A stretch of 29,630 nt of DNA from Candidatus Heimdallarchaeota archaeon (GTDB taxonomy: Archaea; Asgardarchaeota; Heimdallarchaeia; Heimdallarchaeales; Heimdallarchaeaceae): positions 1-29,630 of the forward strand of contig DAOVER010000037.1 in NCBI GenBank assembly GCA_030668875.1, written 5' to 3'. Within the stretch, counting starts at the first letter, position 1, and every line of letters starts with the position of its first letter. Shown piece by piece: positions 16,620-23,929 of the stretch. The notes beneath the pieces are model-generated. The model worked only from the letters and a program-made list of their open reading frames with translations, had not been told where the DNA came from and ran no database searches. The translations under genes were made by a program, and so were the position numbers.

Positions 16620-18403
16620 ATCCCCCACCAAATTCTGGCAATAAGTATATCTTAGATACAAACTTCTTCATTAGTGGTTTTGAGAAAAACCCCTCTGATT
16701 TTAACCTGTTTCTAAGAATAATGACAGATATGGAAATTGAACTTTATGTGACTAATTTTATTCTTCAAGAAATTAGGTGGTACTTGAGAAGGAGGATAAA
16801 ACCTCCGGTTCAAATCGAAAAAGTATTAATAAAAAATATTCGGGAATATAAGGAAAACATCGGTGAAAATGCAGCAGAAGCACCTCAGATGAATGATTTA
16901 TCTAATATTCTTGCAGCAACAAATGTAAATGGAACAGTAGTAACAAGTGATTTAAAACTAGTGAAATTCTGCGAACTTGAAAATATACCTGTTCTTATTA
17001 GTTCATCTTTTGTTTTTCTTCTGAAAACTACATGTAAAGATCTTGAAAACGAAAAACTACTTGATAAGATTTATGATATTATTCTTTCAGATGAAATTCG
17101 TCACTCTGTTGAGAAAAGACAAACATACGACCCAGTGACTAGGATAAAAAAAATACAAGAGCATGCTATAAATGTGTTGCAAAATATTAGTGAAACAAAA
17201 AGAGTTCCATCTGAAAAACCTTCATCTGAGTATCATCTTTTAGACGAAGAAAATAATCTAATTGATCTCATGAATGAGATTGAATTTGAATTTCCAAATT
17301 ACTTAGAACAATTAGAAAAAGGTAGTCTAGAAGGACTTTATTATGAATTGGAAGAAGCTTACACTGCTTTATCTGATTTATCACTTGAACTAAGAATTGC
17401 TCTGGTTGAAAAAGAAAGTTACATTGAGGAACTAGCCATACGCTTGAAGGCTAGAATATTATTTCTACTAAGCATTGTAGAATTTGCTTTGCTTGATTTT
17501 GATAAATTGGAAAGTCATTTGAATACAATCACAGAGATTTCAACCATCTTTCCTTCACTAGTTGCTGACATTTTTATGGATTTGCATTTTCTACGAATGG
17601 TTTACTTCTTACTTTCTGACAATCATGAAAGATTGAAAAGTTACTACTCGGAGAAATTTCTCTTATTATGTGAAAAACAAGATCGCTTAGACCTATTTGG
17701 ACTAACAAGAGCAGTGATTCTAGCTTCAACTATTATGGAAAGTGGATTAATAGATAAGAAAGCATCCATCGATGGAAGGGACGAAATTTCCTTACTAATT
17801 CAGATAGGTTATATATTACTTCAAAGAGAGGAGTTCGAACACGCCCTTCTAATTCTTCTGCAATCACATTATCTTGCTATCAATCTTAAAGAGACCGTAC
17901 TAGCGAAGGACACTCTAGAACTACTTGTGATTTTGCACCATTCTATTAAGGAAACATGCACCGAAGAGATTTATCAAGGAATTGAAGATTTGAAGGAAAT
18001 GGGAGTTTATGATTTACCAGTAATTACCTATGCAAATATGAATGAATTGAGAAGATTAACAACTCAAGAGTTTGTATCCGTAGATCAACTCTTTGTCATT
18101 TTACAGGATTGGTTCTACATTTACAGTAGTGGGACAATTGTTAAACAAGGTCAAGTTCAAACCTATTTACTTCTGAAAAACCCCTATTTTTCACCCAGAA
18201 TTGCGATACTTCTGAAAAACCCTTTATCGAAACACGATATAACTCCTGGAAGACAAATAAAGATATTTGAAGGCAAAATAAAATCATCTATCCCAAAAGA
18301 ATCTACGATAAATGGTTATGCTATTGATTTATTAATAGAGTTAGAAGAAAAAGATGTGAAATTTATCTTTAGAGGACCATTTGGAATGAAAATTATTCTT
18401 TAA
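16616..18403 (+). CDS. PIN-domain ribonuclease fused to a long alpha-helical (TPR-like) region and a C-terminal beta-rich domain
   Basis: YILDTNFF, ILQEIR, MNDLSNIL and VVTSDLKL supply the four acidic PIN residues. The GTG start at 16616 overlaps the upstream TGA (GTGA). Confidence 0.75.
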   Translation: MNPPPNSGNKYILDTNFFISGFEKNPSDFNLFLRIMTDMEIELYVTNFILQEIRWYLRRRIKPPVQIEKVLIKNIREYKENIGENAAEAPQMNDLSNILAATNVNGTVVTSDLKLVKFCELENIPVLISSSFVFLLKTTCKDLENEKLLDKIYDIILSDEIRHSVEKRQTYDPVTRIKKIQEHAINVLQNISETKRVPSEKPSSEYHLLDEENNLIDLMNEIEFEFPNYLEQLEKGSLEGLYYELEEAYTALSDLSLELRIALVEKESYIEELAIRLKARILFLLSIVEFALLDFDKLESHLNTITEISTIFPSLVADIFMDLHFLRMVYFLLSDNHERLKSYYSEKFLLLCEKQDRLDLFGLTRAVILASTIMESGLIDKKASIDGRDEISLLIQIGYILLQREEFEHALLILLQSHYLAINLKETVLAKDTLELLVILHHSIKETCTEEIYQGIEDLKEMGVYDLPVITYANMNELRRLTTQEFVSVDQLFVILQDWFYIYSSGTIVKQGQVQTYLLLKNPYFSPRIAILLKNPLSKHDITPGRQIKIFEGKIKSSIPKESTINGYAIDLLIELEEKDVKFIFRGPFGMKIIL

Positions 18404-19346
18404 TAGCTGATTTCCATTTCTGTATAATTTCCACTAGTTCTTGCGTTTCTATTGGATAATTCTTTACTCTATCGACCTGTTGACTCATTTCATGAGTTAC
18501 GAGAGTTGTTAGAGCACCCATTTCCATTAATGCGTCCCTTGCTTTTGCAAATGCATCAAGTAATTCTTCCCTGCTTCCCCCAACATAAACAACAGAAAGA
18601 AGGTTCTCATAGATTTGTTCGGGGGCAAGGCTTCCCCAATTTCGTGTAACATCTGTCATTTCTGCAAAATCAGAGGAGATAATAACATACCCTTGGCCAA
18701 CTTTCTTTATATTTTCTTGTTGAACTAATCTAAACAAAGCTCTATTTATTGTAGGGATATCTGAATTTAATTGCTGAATTATGTTTTCTTCAATTAAAGG
18801 CATTTCAGATTTGATGAGCGCACCTAATATTTGTTGTTCAATGGTTCCTTGAGAACTACAATGTTTGACTAAATCTTGAAGCGAATGAATAAAAACATCA
18901 TCCGTTGGTTTTCTATAGTATGCCATAATCTTTTCAACAAACTCATTCACTTTGTTTCCAACAACTGAGGTTGAGGCTTCTTGAGCTGGAAAAGATGACT
19001 GTTGATGAGGAATAGGAGTTTCTTTCAGCTTCTTTATTTCAAGCTCTTTTTGTTGAAGCAATTTGGTGAGTTCATGTTCCCGATCCTTTCTAGATTTTTT
19101 ATCTTCTTCGTGGTAATAGCGTTGCTCTTCCAAACGTTTAGAATAGTTTTCGATTTCAGAATCTTTCTGAACGATAATCTTGTTAACCTCAAGCATTTGA
19201 GCTTCGACTTCTTCTACTTTTGCACTTTGATTAGCGATACGTTGTTGTAATTGTGCTATGAATTGCTTTTGTGCTTGATCACGTAATTTTGCCTTTCTTG
19301 GATCATCAGATGAATTCTCATTATCAAATGGGTTATGAACCATCAT
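18393..19346 (-). CDS. Coiled-coil plus winged-helix protein with C-terminal helical bundle
   Basis: About 90-aa coiled coil, P/Q/S linker, then QILGALIKSEMPLIEENIIQQLNSDIPTINRALFRLVQQENIKKVGQGYVI. Start set at the MMVHNP methionines. Confidence 0.7.
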   Translation of the reverse strand: MMVHNPFDNENSSDDPRKAKLRDQAQKQFIAQLQQRIANQSAKVEEVEAQMLEVNKIIVQKDSEIENYSKRLEEQRYYHEEDKKSRKDREHELTKLLQQKELEIKKLKETPIPHQQSSFPAQEASTSVVGNKVNEFVEKIMAYYRKPTDDVFIHSLQDLVKHCSSQGTIEQQILGALIKSEMPLIEENIIQQLNSDIPTINRALFRLVQQENIKKVGQGYVIISSDFAEMTDVTRNWGSLAPEQIYENLLSVVYVGGSREELLDAFAKARDALMEMGALTTLVTHEMSQQVDRVKNYPIETQELVEIIQKWKSAIKE

Positions 19347-19445
19347 TATACACCTTATACAAATAATCATTAAGTAACAAATAAAGGTATTTATTCTAAA
19401 AAAATAATGACAATGTATTATTGAAGAGAAAAGAAGTCATCAATC

Positions 19446-20054
19446 TTATAACCCAAGAATTTCTTTCAAAATAATCTCAAAAGCCTCAGTATTCTTCGAA
19501 ATTGTAACATAGGGCCAAAGTTCATTTTCGGTACTCATCATATAATCAGCCAAAGCTATTACATCTCCTACACCATAGCCTAACTCTTTCTTATTTCTTG
19601 CAAGGAAATTGTCAAAGTTTCTCAGAAGAACATCTTCTTTTGCTTTTGCTCCTGTTGTTTCTGCAATCCTGTCAGCGTTATTTAAACGGTTGAACCTTGT
19701 TTTCATAGAGGTGTGAAAAGCTATCACGAAAACATTATCGTGTCCATAATGTTTCTTAAGAACTTCAATTTCAGAAACTGCTCTTAACCCAGATAAAAAT
19801 ACACCAGGTATGTCATCAGTGAGAGTATCAACTTTCTTAATTAATCTTTCAGTAAAGTAACTATCAGAAACTTTCTTACATTCATCTGTTACTTTCTTAA
19901 TATTTTCAGGTGAAAATTCTAATCCTCTTCCTGTAACTTCTTCCAATACTTCTGCTCCTGTTTCGTACAAAGGCATTTTGTATTTAGGTCCTATTTTTTT
20001 TGCATATGTTGTTTTTCCGCTTAAGGGGAGACCCGATAGTACTATAATCTTCAT
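19446..20054 (-). CDS. Archaeal P-loop nucleotide kinase-like protein (UPF0200/COG0237, dephospho-CoA-kinase-like AAA family)
   Basis: MKIIVLSGLPLSGKTT, TRFNRL, ARNKKELGYGVGDVIALADY family signature; GAGTGA RBS upstream of ATG 20054. Confidence 0.8.
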   Translation of the reverse strand: MKIIVLSGLPLSGKTTYAKKIGPKYKMPLYETGAEVLEEVTGRGLEFSPENIKKVTDECKKVSDSYFTERLIKKVDTLTDDIPGVFLSGLRAVSEIEVLKKHYGHDNVFVIAFHTSMKTRFNRLNNADRIAETTGAKAKEDVLLRNFDNFLARNKKELGYGVGDVIALADYMMSTENELWPYVTISKNTEAFEIILKEILGL

Positions 20055-20072
20055 TTTTATCACTCTTAATTA

Positions 20073-20146
20073 TTGGCCAGAGAGCACACTCTCTTCACCG
20101 CTAGCCATAACATTGCTCTGAGAGGTCTATGATAAGCTCTGGCCAA
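20073..20146 (-). ncRNA. Candidate structured RNA (5' leader or H/ACA-like small RNA) upstream of the kinase gene
   Basis: Perfect 10-bp terminal inverted repeat TTGGCCAGAG/CTCTGGCCAA, internal AGAGAG-N4-CTCTCT hairpin, about 50% GC by hand count in AT-rich DNA, TTTTTAAA box 20 nt upstream on the minus strand. Confidence 0.35.
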
Positions 20147-20430
20147 GAGAATATCTGCTTAATGATTTAAAAAGATTAGTTAAATGGAAAATTAGAGGGG
20201 ACGTTTTTCTCCTTCAAGTTTAAGAATTTGATTTTCTTCTGTAGATTTTCCTACTTTCTCATTCAAATTCATACCATTTATTCGCATTTCTAGGGTTAAG
20301 ATTAAGGATATAAGTTGTCTACACCTACTAATTGCCCCCATTTATCTTTGATACATGGATGTTTAGTTTTTTCCAAGCCAAATATAGTTGGTTACGTTAA
20401 AATAAGCCTTCAATAAAAAGTGGTCGAATG

Positions 20431-20481
20431 GAAGATTTTAAATGTCAGTAAACTCTTGAAAAAATCGACATCTTAAGGTGA
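20431..20481 (+). promoter_or_regulatory. Putative BRE/TATA promoter and AGGTGA RBS of grpE
   Basis: Purine-rich GAAGA followed by TTTTAAAT at 20436-20443; AGGTGA at 20476-20481, 10 nt before the ATG. Confidence 0.4.
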
Positions 20482-20491
20482 GGGCTCTTTC

Positions 20492-21178
20492 ATGAGTGAA
20501 AACGAAAAAACTAATGATAAGTCTACTGATGATTTAATTGAAGTCGATGTAGAGGATTTTGAAGATATTCCAGAAGTCGAAAATAAAGAACCTGAAAAGG
20601 TTGATCCTGAAGAATTAGAAATGAATAAAATGAAAGAGGAATTTCGCAAATTAATTGCTAAGAACAAGGATGACAAAGCTGTTGAAAAATACATGAATCT
20701 TTTCAAAGAACTAAAACAATCAAATGAAGAAAAGAATGATTACTTAAACACTGCACAGATGGTTCAAGCTAATTTTGAGAATTACAAGAAAAGAGCTCAT
20801 AAAGATCAAGAATGGTCAAGTTTTCAAAGTAAAATGAAAATAATTGAAAGGTTTTTATCATTCTATGATGATTTAGATAGGTCTGTTACTGCATTCAATG
20901 ATAATCCTGATGTTGAAAGCCTGAAAGAGGCTCTTAATCTAGTATCTAGTAATTTGAAAGCAACGTTTGAATCACTAAATGTTAAAACCATTGAACCTGA
21001 AAAAGAAATTTTCAACCCACAATATCACGAAGCAATTCACGTTGTCGAGAATGAAGAAGTTGAGCCCAATACAATAGTAGAAATAGTTTCAATAGGGTTC
21101 ATTCTAGAGGATGTTGTCATTAAACCTGCTAAAGTTGTAATTACAAGAAAATCAAGTGAAAATTCTGAAAGTAAGTAG
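20492..21178 (+). CDS. grpE: Nucleotide exchange factor GrpE
   Basis: QANFENYKKR, FNPQYHEAI, GFILEDVVIKPAKVVI signatures; acidic N-terminal tail. Confidence 0.93.
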   Translation: MSENEKTNDKSTDDLIEVDVEDFEDIPEVENKEPEKVDPEELEMNKMKEEFRKLIAKNKDDKAVEKYMNLFKELKQSNEEKNDYLNTAQMVQANFENYKKRAHKDQEWSSFQSKMKIIERFLSFYDDLDRSVTAFNDNPDVESLKEALNLVSSNLKATFESLNVKTIEPEKEIFNPQYHEAIHVVENEEVEPNTIVEIVSIGFILEDVVIKPAKVVITRKSSENSESK

Positions 21179-21310
21179 AAATATCCTATCTAAACATTCA
21201 TCTTGATTGGCAAAATTTTAATTAGATGTAGGATTTACTTTGTCTAATAATAGAAACCATTCTAATATTATCTCTATTACATCTATCACTCAAGAAACAA
21301 AGGTATAATC

Positions 21311-22351
21311 ATGAATAAAGTTGGTATTGTTTCATTTGGTTCATATATTCCACATTATAGAATAAAAGTAGAAGAGATTGCAAAGGTATGGGATGAAGAT
21401 CCCGTTGAATTGAAAGCTCAATTACAGATTAGTAGCAAATCTGTTCCAGGACCAGATGAGGATGTAGCTACAATGGCAGTTGAATCTGCTCGAAATGCAA
21501 TTAGCAGATGGAAAGGTAAAGAGAAAGATATAGGTGCAATTTATGTTGGAAGTGAGTCTCATCCCTATGCAGTCAAACCAACAGCTACTATTGTTGCAGC
21601 AGCTTTAGATGTAGAAAAATCTCTGACAGCTGCTGATTTAGAATTTGCATGCAAAGCTGGAACTGCAGGAATGCAGATGTGTTTTGGATTAGTGAAATCA
21701 CAAATGATTTCGTTAGGATTAGCAATAGGAGCTGATAGTAGTCAAGGAAGACCAAGAGATCCATTAGAATATACAGCTGGAGCAGGAAGTGCAGCTTTTC
21801 TAATTGGTTCTGAGAATATTATAGCAGAGTTGGAAGGAACCCATTCAGTTACTACCGACATGCCTGATTTTTGGAGAAGGGAAGGAGCAGTGTATCCTTC
21901 TCATGGAGTCAGATTTACTGGGCAACCTGCTTATTTCAAACACACGATTGATGCTTCAAAAGGTTTAATGGAAGAATTGGGGACAAAACCCTCTGATTAT
22001 CAACATGTTATTTTCCATCAACCTAATGCTAAATTTCCTCAAGCAGTTGCTAGAATGTTAGGATTTTCGAAAGAACAAGTTGAATTAGGACTAATTTGCA
22101 AACATATGGGGAACGCTTATTCAGCTTCTTCAATCTTAGGATTTGCGAATGTCCTTAACCACACCAATCCTGGGGATAGAATACTTCTGACATCCTATGG
22201 AAGTGGAGCAGGAAGCGATTCATTTTCAGTTACAGTTACAGAAGCAATAGACAATATCCGTCCATACAAATATGATACACAGTACTATCTAAACCAAAGT
22301 GAGTACATAGAATATGGAAAGTATGCAAGATTTAAGGGGATTCTGAGGTGA
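21311..22351 (+). CDS. mvaS: Hydroxymethylglutaryl-CoA synthase (archaeal type)
   Basis: Catalytic set intact: GSESHPYAVKP (Glu), DLEFACKAGT (Cys114), FHQPN (His), GNAYS; C-terminal YGKYAR. Confidence 0.95.
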   Translation: MNKVGIVSFGSYIPHYRIKVEEIAKVWDEDPVELKAQLQISSKSVPGPDEDVATMAVESARNAISRWKGKEKDIGAIYVGSESHPYAVKPTATIVAAALDVEKSLTAADLEFACKAGTAGMQMCFGLVKSQMISLGLAIGADSSQGRPRDPLEYTAGAGSAAFLIGSENIIAELEGTHSVTTDMPDFWRREGAVYPSHGVRFTGQPAYFKHTIDASKGLMEELGTKPSDYQHVIFHQPNAKFPQAVARMLGFSKEQVELGLICKHMGNAYSASSILGFANVLNHTNPGDRILLTSYGSGAGSDSFSVTVTEAIDNIRPYKYDTQYYLNQSEYIEYGKYARFKGILR

Positions 22352-22355
22352 TTAA

Positions 22356-23537
22356 ATGGTAAAACACAACGTGTTTATAATTGGTACAGGAATAACGAGT
22401 TTTGGAGAAAATTATGAGAACGGCGCAAGTCAACTTGCTTCTCAAGCACTAACAAGTGCTATTGAAAATTCCAAAATCACGAAAGAATCAATACAGAGTA
22501 CATTTATTGGATCATTGGTTTCTGGCTCAAATTCACAACCATCCATTGGAGCTAATTGCCTTAGAGAGAGTAACATAATAACCCCTCATGTTCGAATTGA
22601 AGCAGGAAACGCTAGTGGTGCAGCTGCTTTTCATCAAGCATATCTTGGAATATTAAGTGGTGTCTATGACTGCTTGGCAGTTGTAGGTGTTGAGAAATTG
22701 AGCGATTTTGTTAATGTAGGATTAGTTGAAAGAATCCTAAGTTCAACTATTGATTATAAATGGGAATTTGAGATGGGTGCTACCTTAACAAGTCTCTATG
22801 CAATATTAACTAAAGCTCATATGAGAGAATTTCAAACAACTATGGAACAACTCGCAGCAGTTCCAGCAAAAAACCACAAGAATGGTGTTAACAATCCGAA
22901 TGCTCAATTCAGAAAAGAAATTACAATTGAAAGATTTCTTAATGCAAAAAGAATAGCAGACCCCATAGGAAAATTTGATCCAGCAACTCATTGCGATGGA
23001 AGTGCTTCTGTTATTTTAGCTTCAGAAGAGTTCATACTTCAGAATAAAGATATTAACAGTAAGGTTCCAATTCTAGGATCTAGTTATGCCTCGGATAGTT
23101 TAGCGCTACATCATCGTAATTCATTAACTGAACTAAATGCTTCAAAAACAGCAGCTGCAACAGCATACAAAATGGCAGACATTAAACCAGAAAAAATCAA
23201 TGTTGCTGAGGTTCATGACTCTTACCCAATAGGAGAAATCCTAGCAATTGAAGATCTTGGTTTCTTTAAGAAGGGCGAAGGAGGAAAAGCTGTTGAAGAA
23301 GGCTTAACGGAGCAAAATAGTCAAGTGAGCATAAATACTAGTGGTGGATTAAAAGCTAGAGGAGACCCATTCGGTGCAACTGGTATTGCTCAAATCATTG
23401 AGATAGTAAAACAGATGCAAGGAGAAGCAGGAAAACGTCAAGTTAGTTCTATTAACTACGGATTAGCACAAAATGTAATGGGTACAGGAGCCCTAACTCA
23501 CGTAAATATTCTTGGAGAAGAAGAGGTGAAAAAATAA
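22356..23537 (+). CDS. Archaeal acetyl-CoA acetyltransferase (thiolase)-family protein lacking canonical catalytic residues
   Basis: Fold motifs VGVEKL, KNHKNGVNNPNAQF, CDGSASVIL, AEVHD, NTSGGLKA and operon position identify the family. However EAACASG reads EAGNASG, HDCF reads HDSY and GHP reads GDP. Confidence 0.88.
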   Translation: MVKHNVFIIGTGITSFGENYENGASQLASQALTSAIENSKITKESIQSTFIGSLVSGSNSQPSIGANCLRESNIITPHVRIEAGNASGAAAFHQAYLGILSGVYDCLAVVGVEKLSDFVNVGLVERILSSTIDYKWEFEMGATLTSLYAILTKAHMREFQTTMEQLAAVPAKNHKNGVNNPNAQFRKEITIERFLNAKRIADPIGKFDPATHCDGSASVILASEEFILQNKDINSKVPILGSSYASDSLALHHRNSLTELNASKTAAATAYKMADIKPEKINVAEVHDSYPIGEILAIEDLGFFKKGEGGKAVEEGLTEQNSQVSINTSGGLKARGDPFGATGIAQIIEIVKQMQGEAGKRQVSSINYGLAQNVMGTGALTHVNILGEEEVKK

Positions 23538-23926
23538 TGGAACCACCAAAAATATGGAGAGAAAAACGAGGTAAATATTTAGCAATGGGAGTTGAGTGCT
23601 CAGACTGTATGACCAAACAGTTTCCTTTTACAGAGAACTGTACAAAGTGTGGCAGCAAAAATGTGAAAAAATACAAACTTGCTACAACAGGAAAAGTACT
23701 ATATTTTTCAACCGTTACTCAAACTACAGATGAAATGATGGTTTGTACCCCTTATTTAATCGCTATTATAGAACTGGCTGATGGAATTAAAGTCACAGGA
23801 CAAATCGTTGATTGCAATCTTAGTGAAGCGAAAGAAGGAATGAACGTAAGGATGGTTTTCCGTGTGTTAGCGAGAAATGGTTCAGAAGGTTTAATCCGTT
23901 ATGGATACAAATTTGCACCCATTTAG
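23537..23926 (+). CDS. DUF35 Zn-ribbon/OB-fold protein (thiolase-HMGS scaffold subunit)
   Basis: MEPPKIWR, CSDC...CTKC, GKVLYFS, PYLIAIIEL, GMNVRMVFR, YGYKF; TAATG overlap with the thiolase stop. Confidence 0.92.
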   Translation: MEPPKIWREKRGKYLAMGVECSDCMTKQFPFTENCTKCGSKNVKKYKLATTGKVLYFSTVTQTTDEMMVCTPYLIAIIELADGIKVTGQIVDCNLSEAKEGMNVRMVFRVLARNGSEGLIRYGYKFAPI

Positions 23927-23929
23927 ATT

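Noticed and set aside
7236-18403. Convergent stop-codon overlaps (7236-7239 and 18393-18403)
   Set aside because: Common in compact archaeal genomes; no further evidence of antisense regulation.
20073-20146. tRNA or SAM-I riboswitch reading of the 74-nt structured element
   Set aside because: tRNA-like length and a 7-bp closing stem, but no GTTCRA T-loop or D-loop GG on either strand. CTTATCATAGA resembles the SAM-I P1 start, but the GCAAC and AGAT elements are missing. No RUGAUGA/CUGA pair for a C/D guide.
20192-20341. 49-codon minus-strand ORF (MGAISRCRQLISLILTLEMRINGMNLNEKVG...) in the kinase-grpE intergenic region
   Set aside because: No clear RBS or motif; could be chance. Homolog search or Ribo-seq would be needed.
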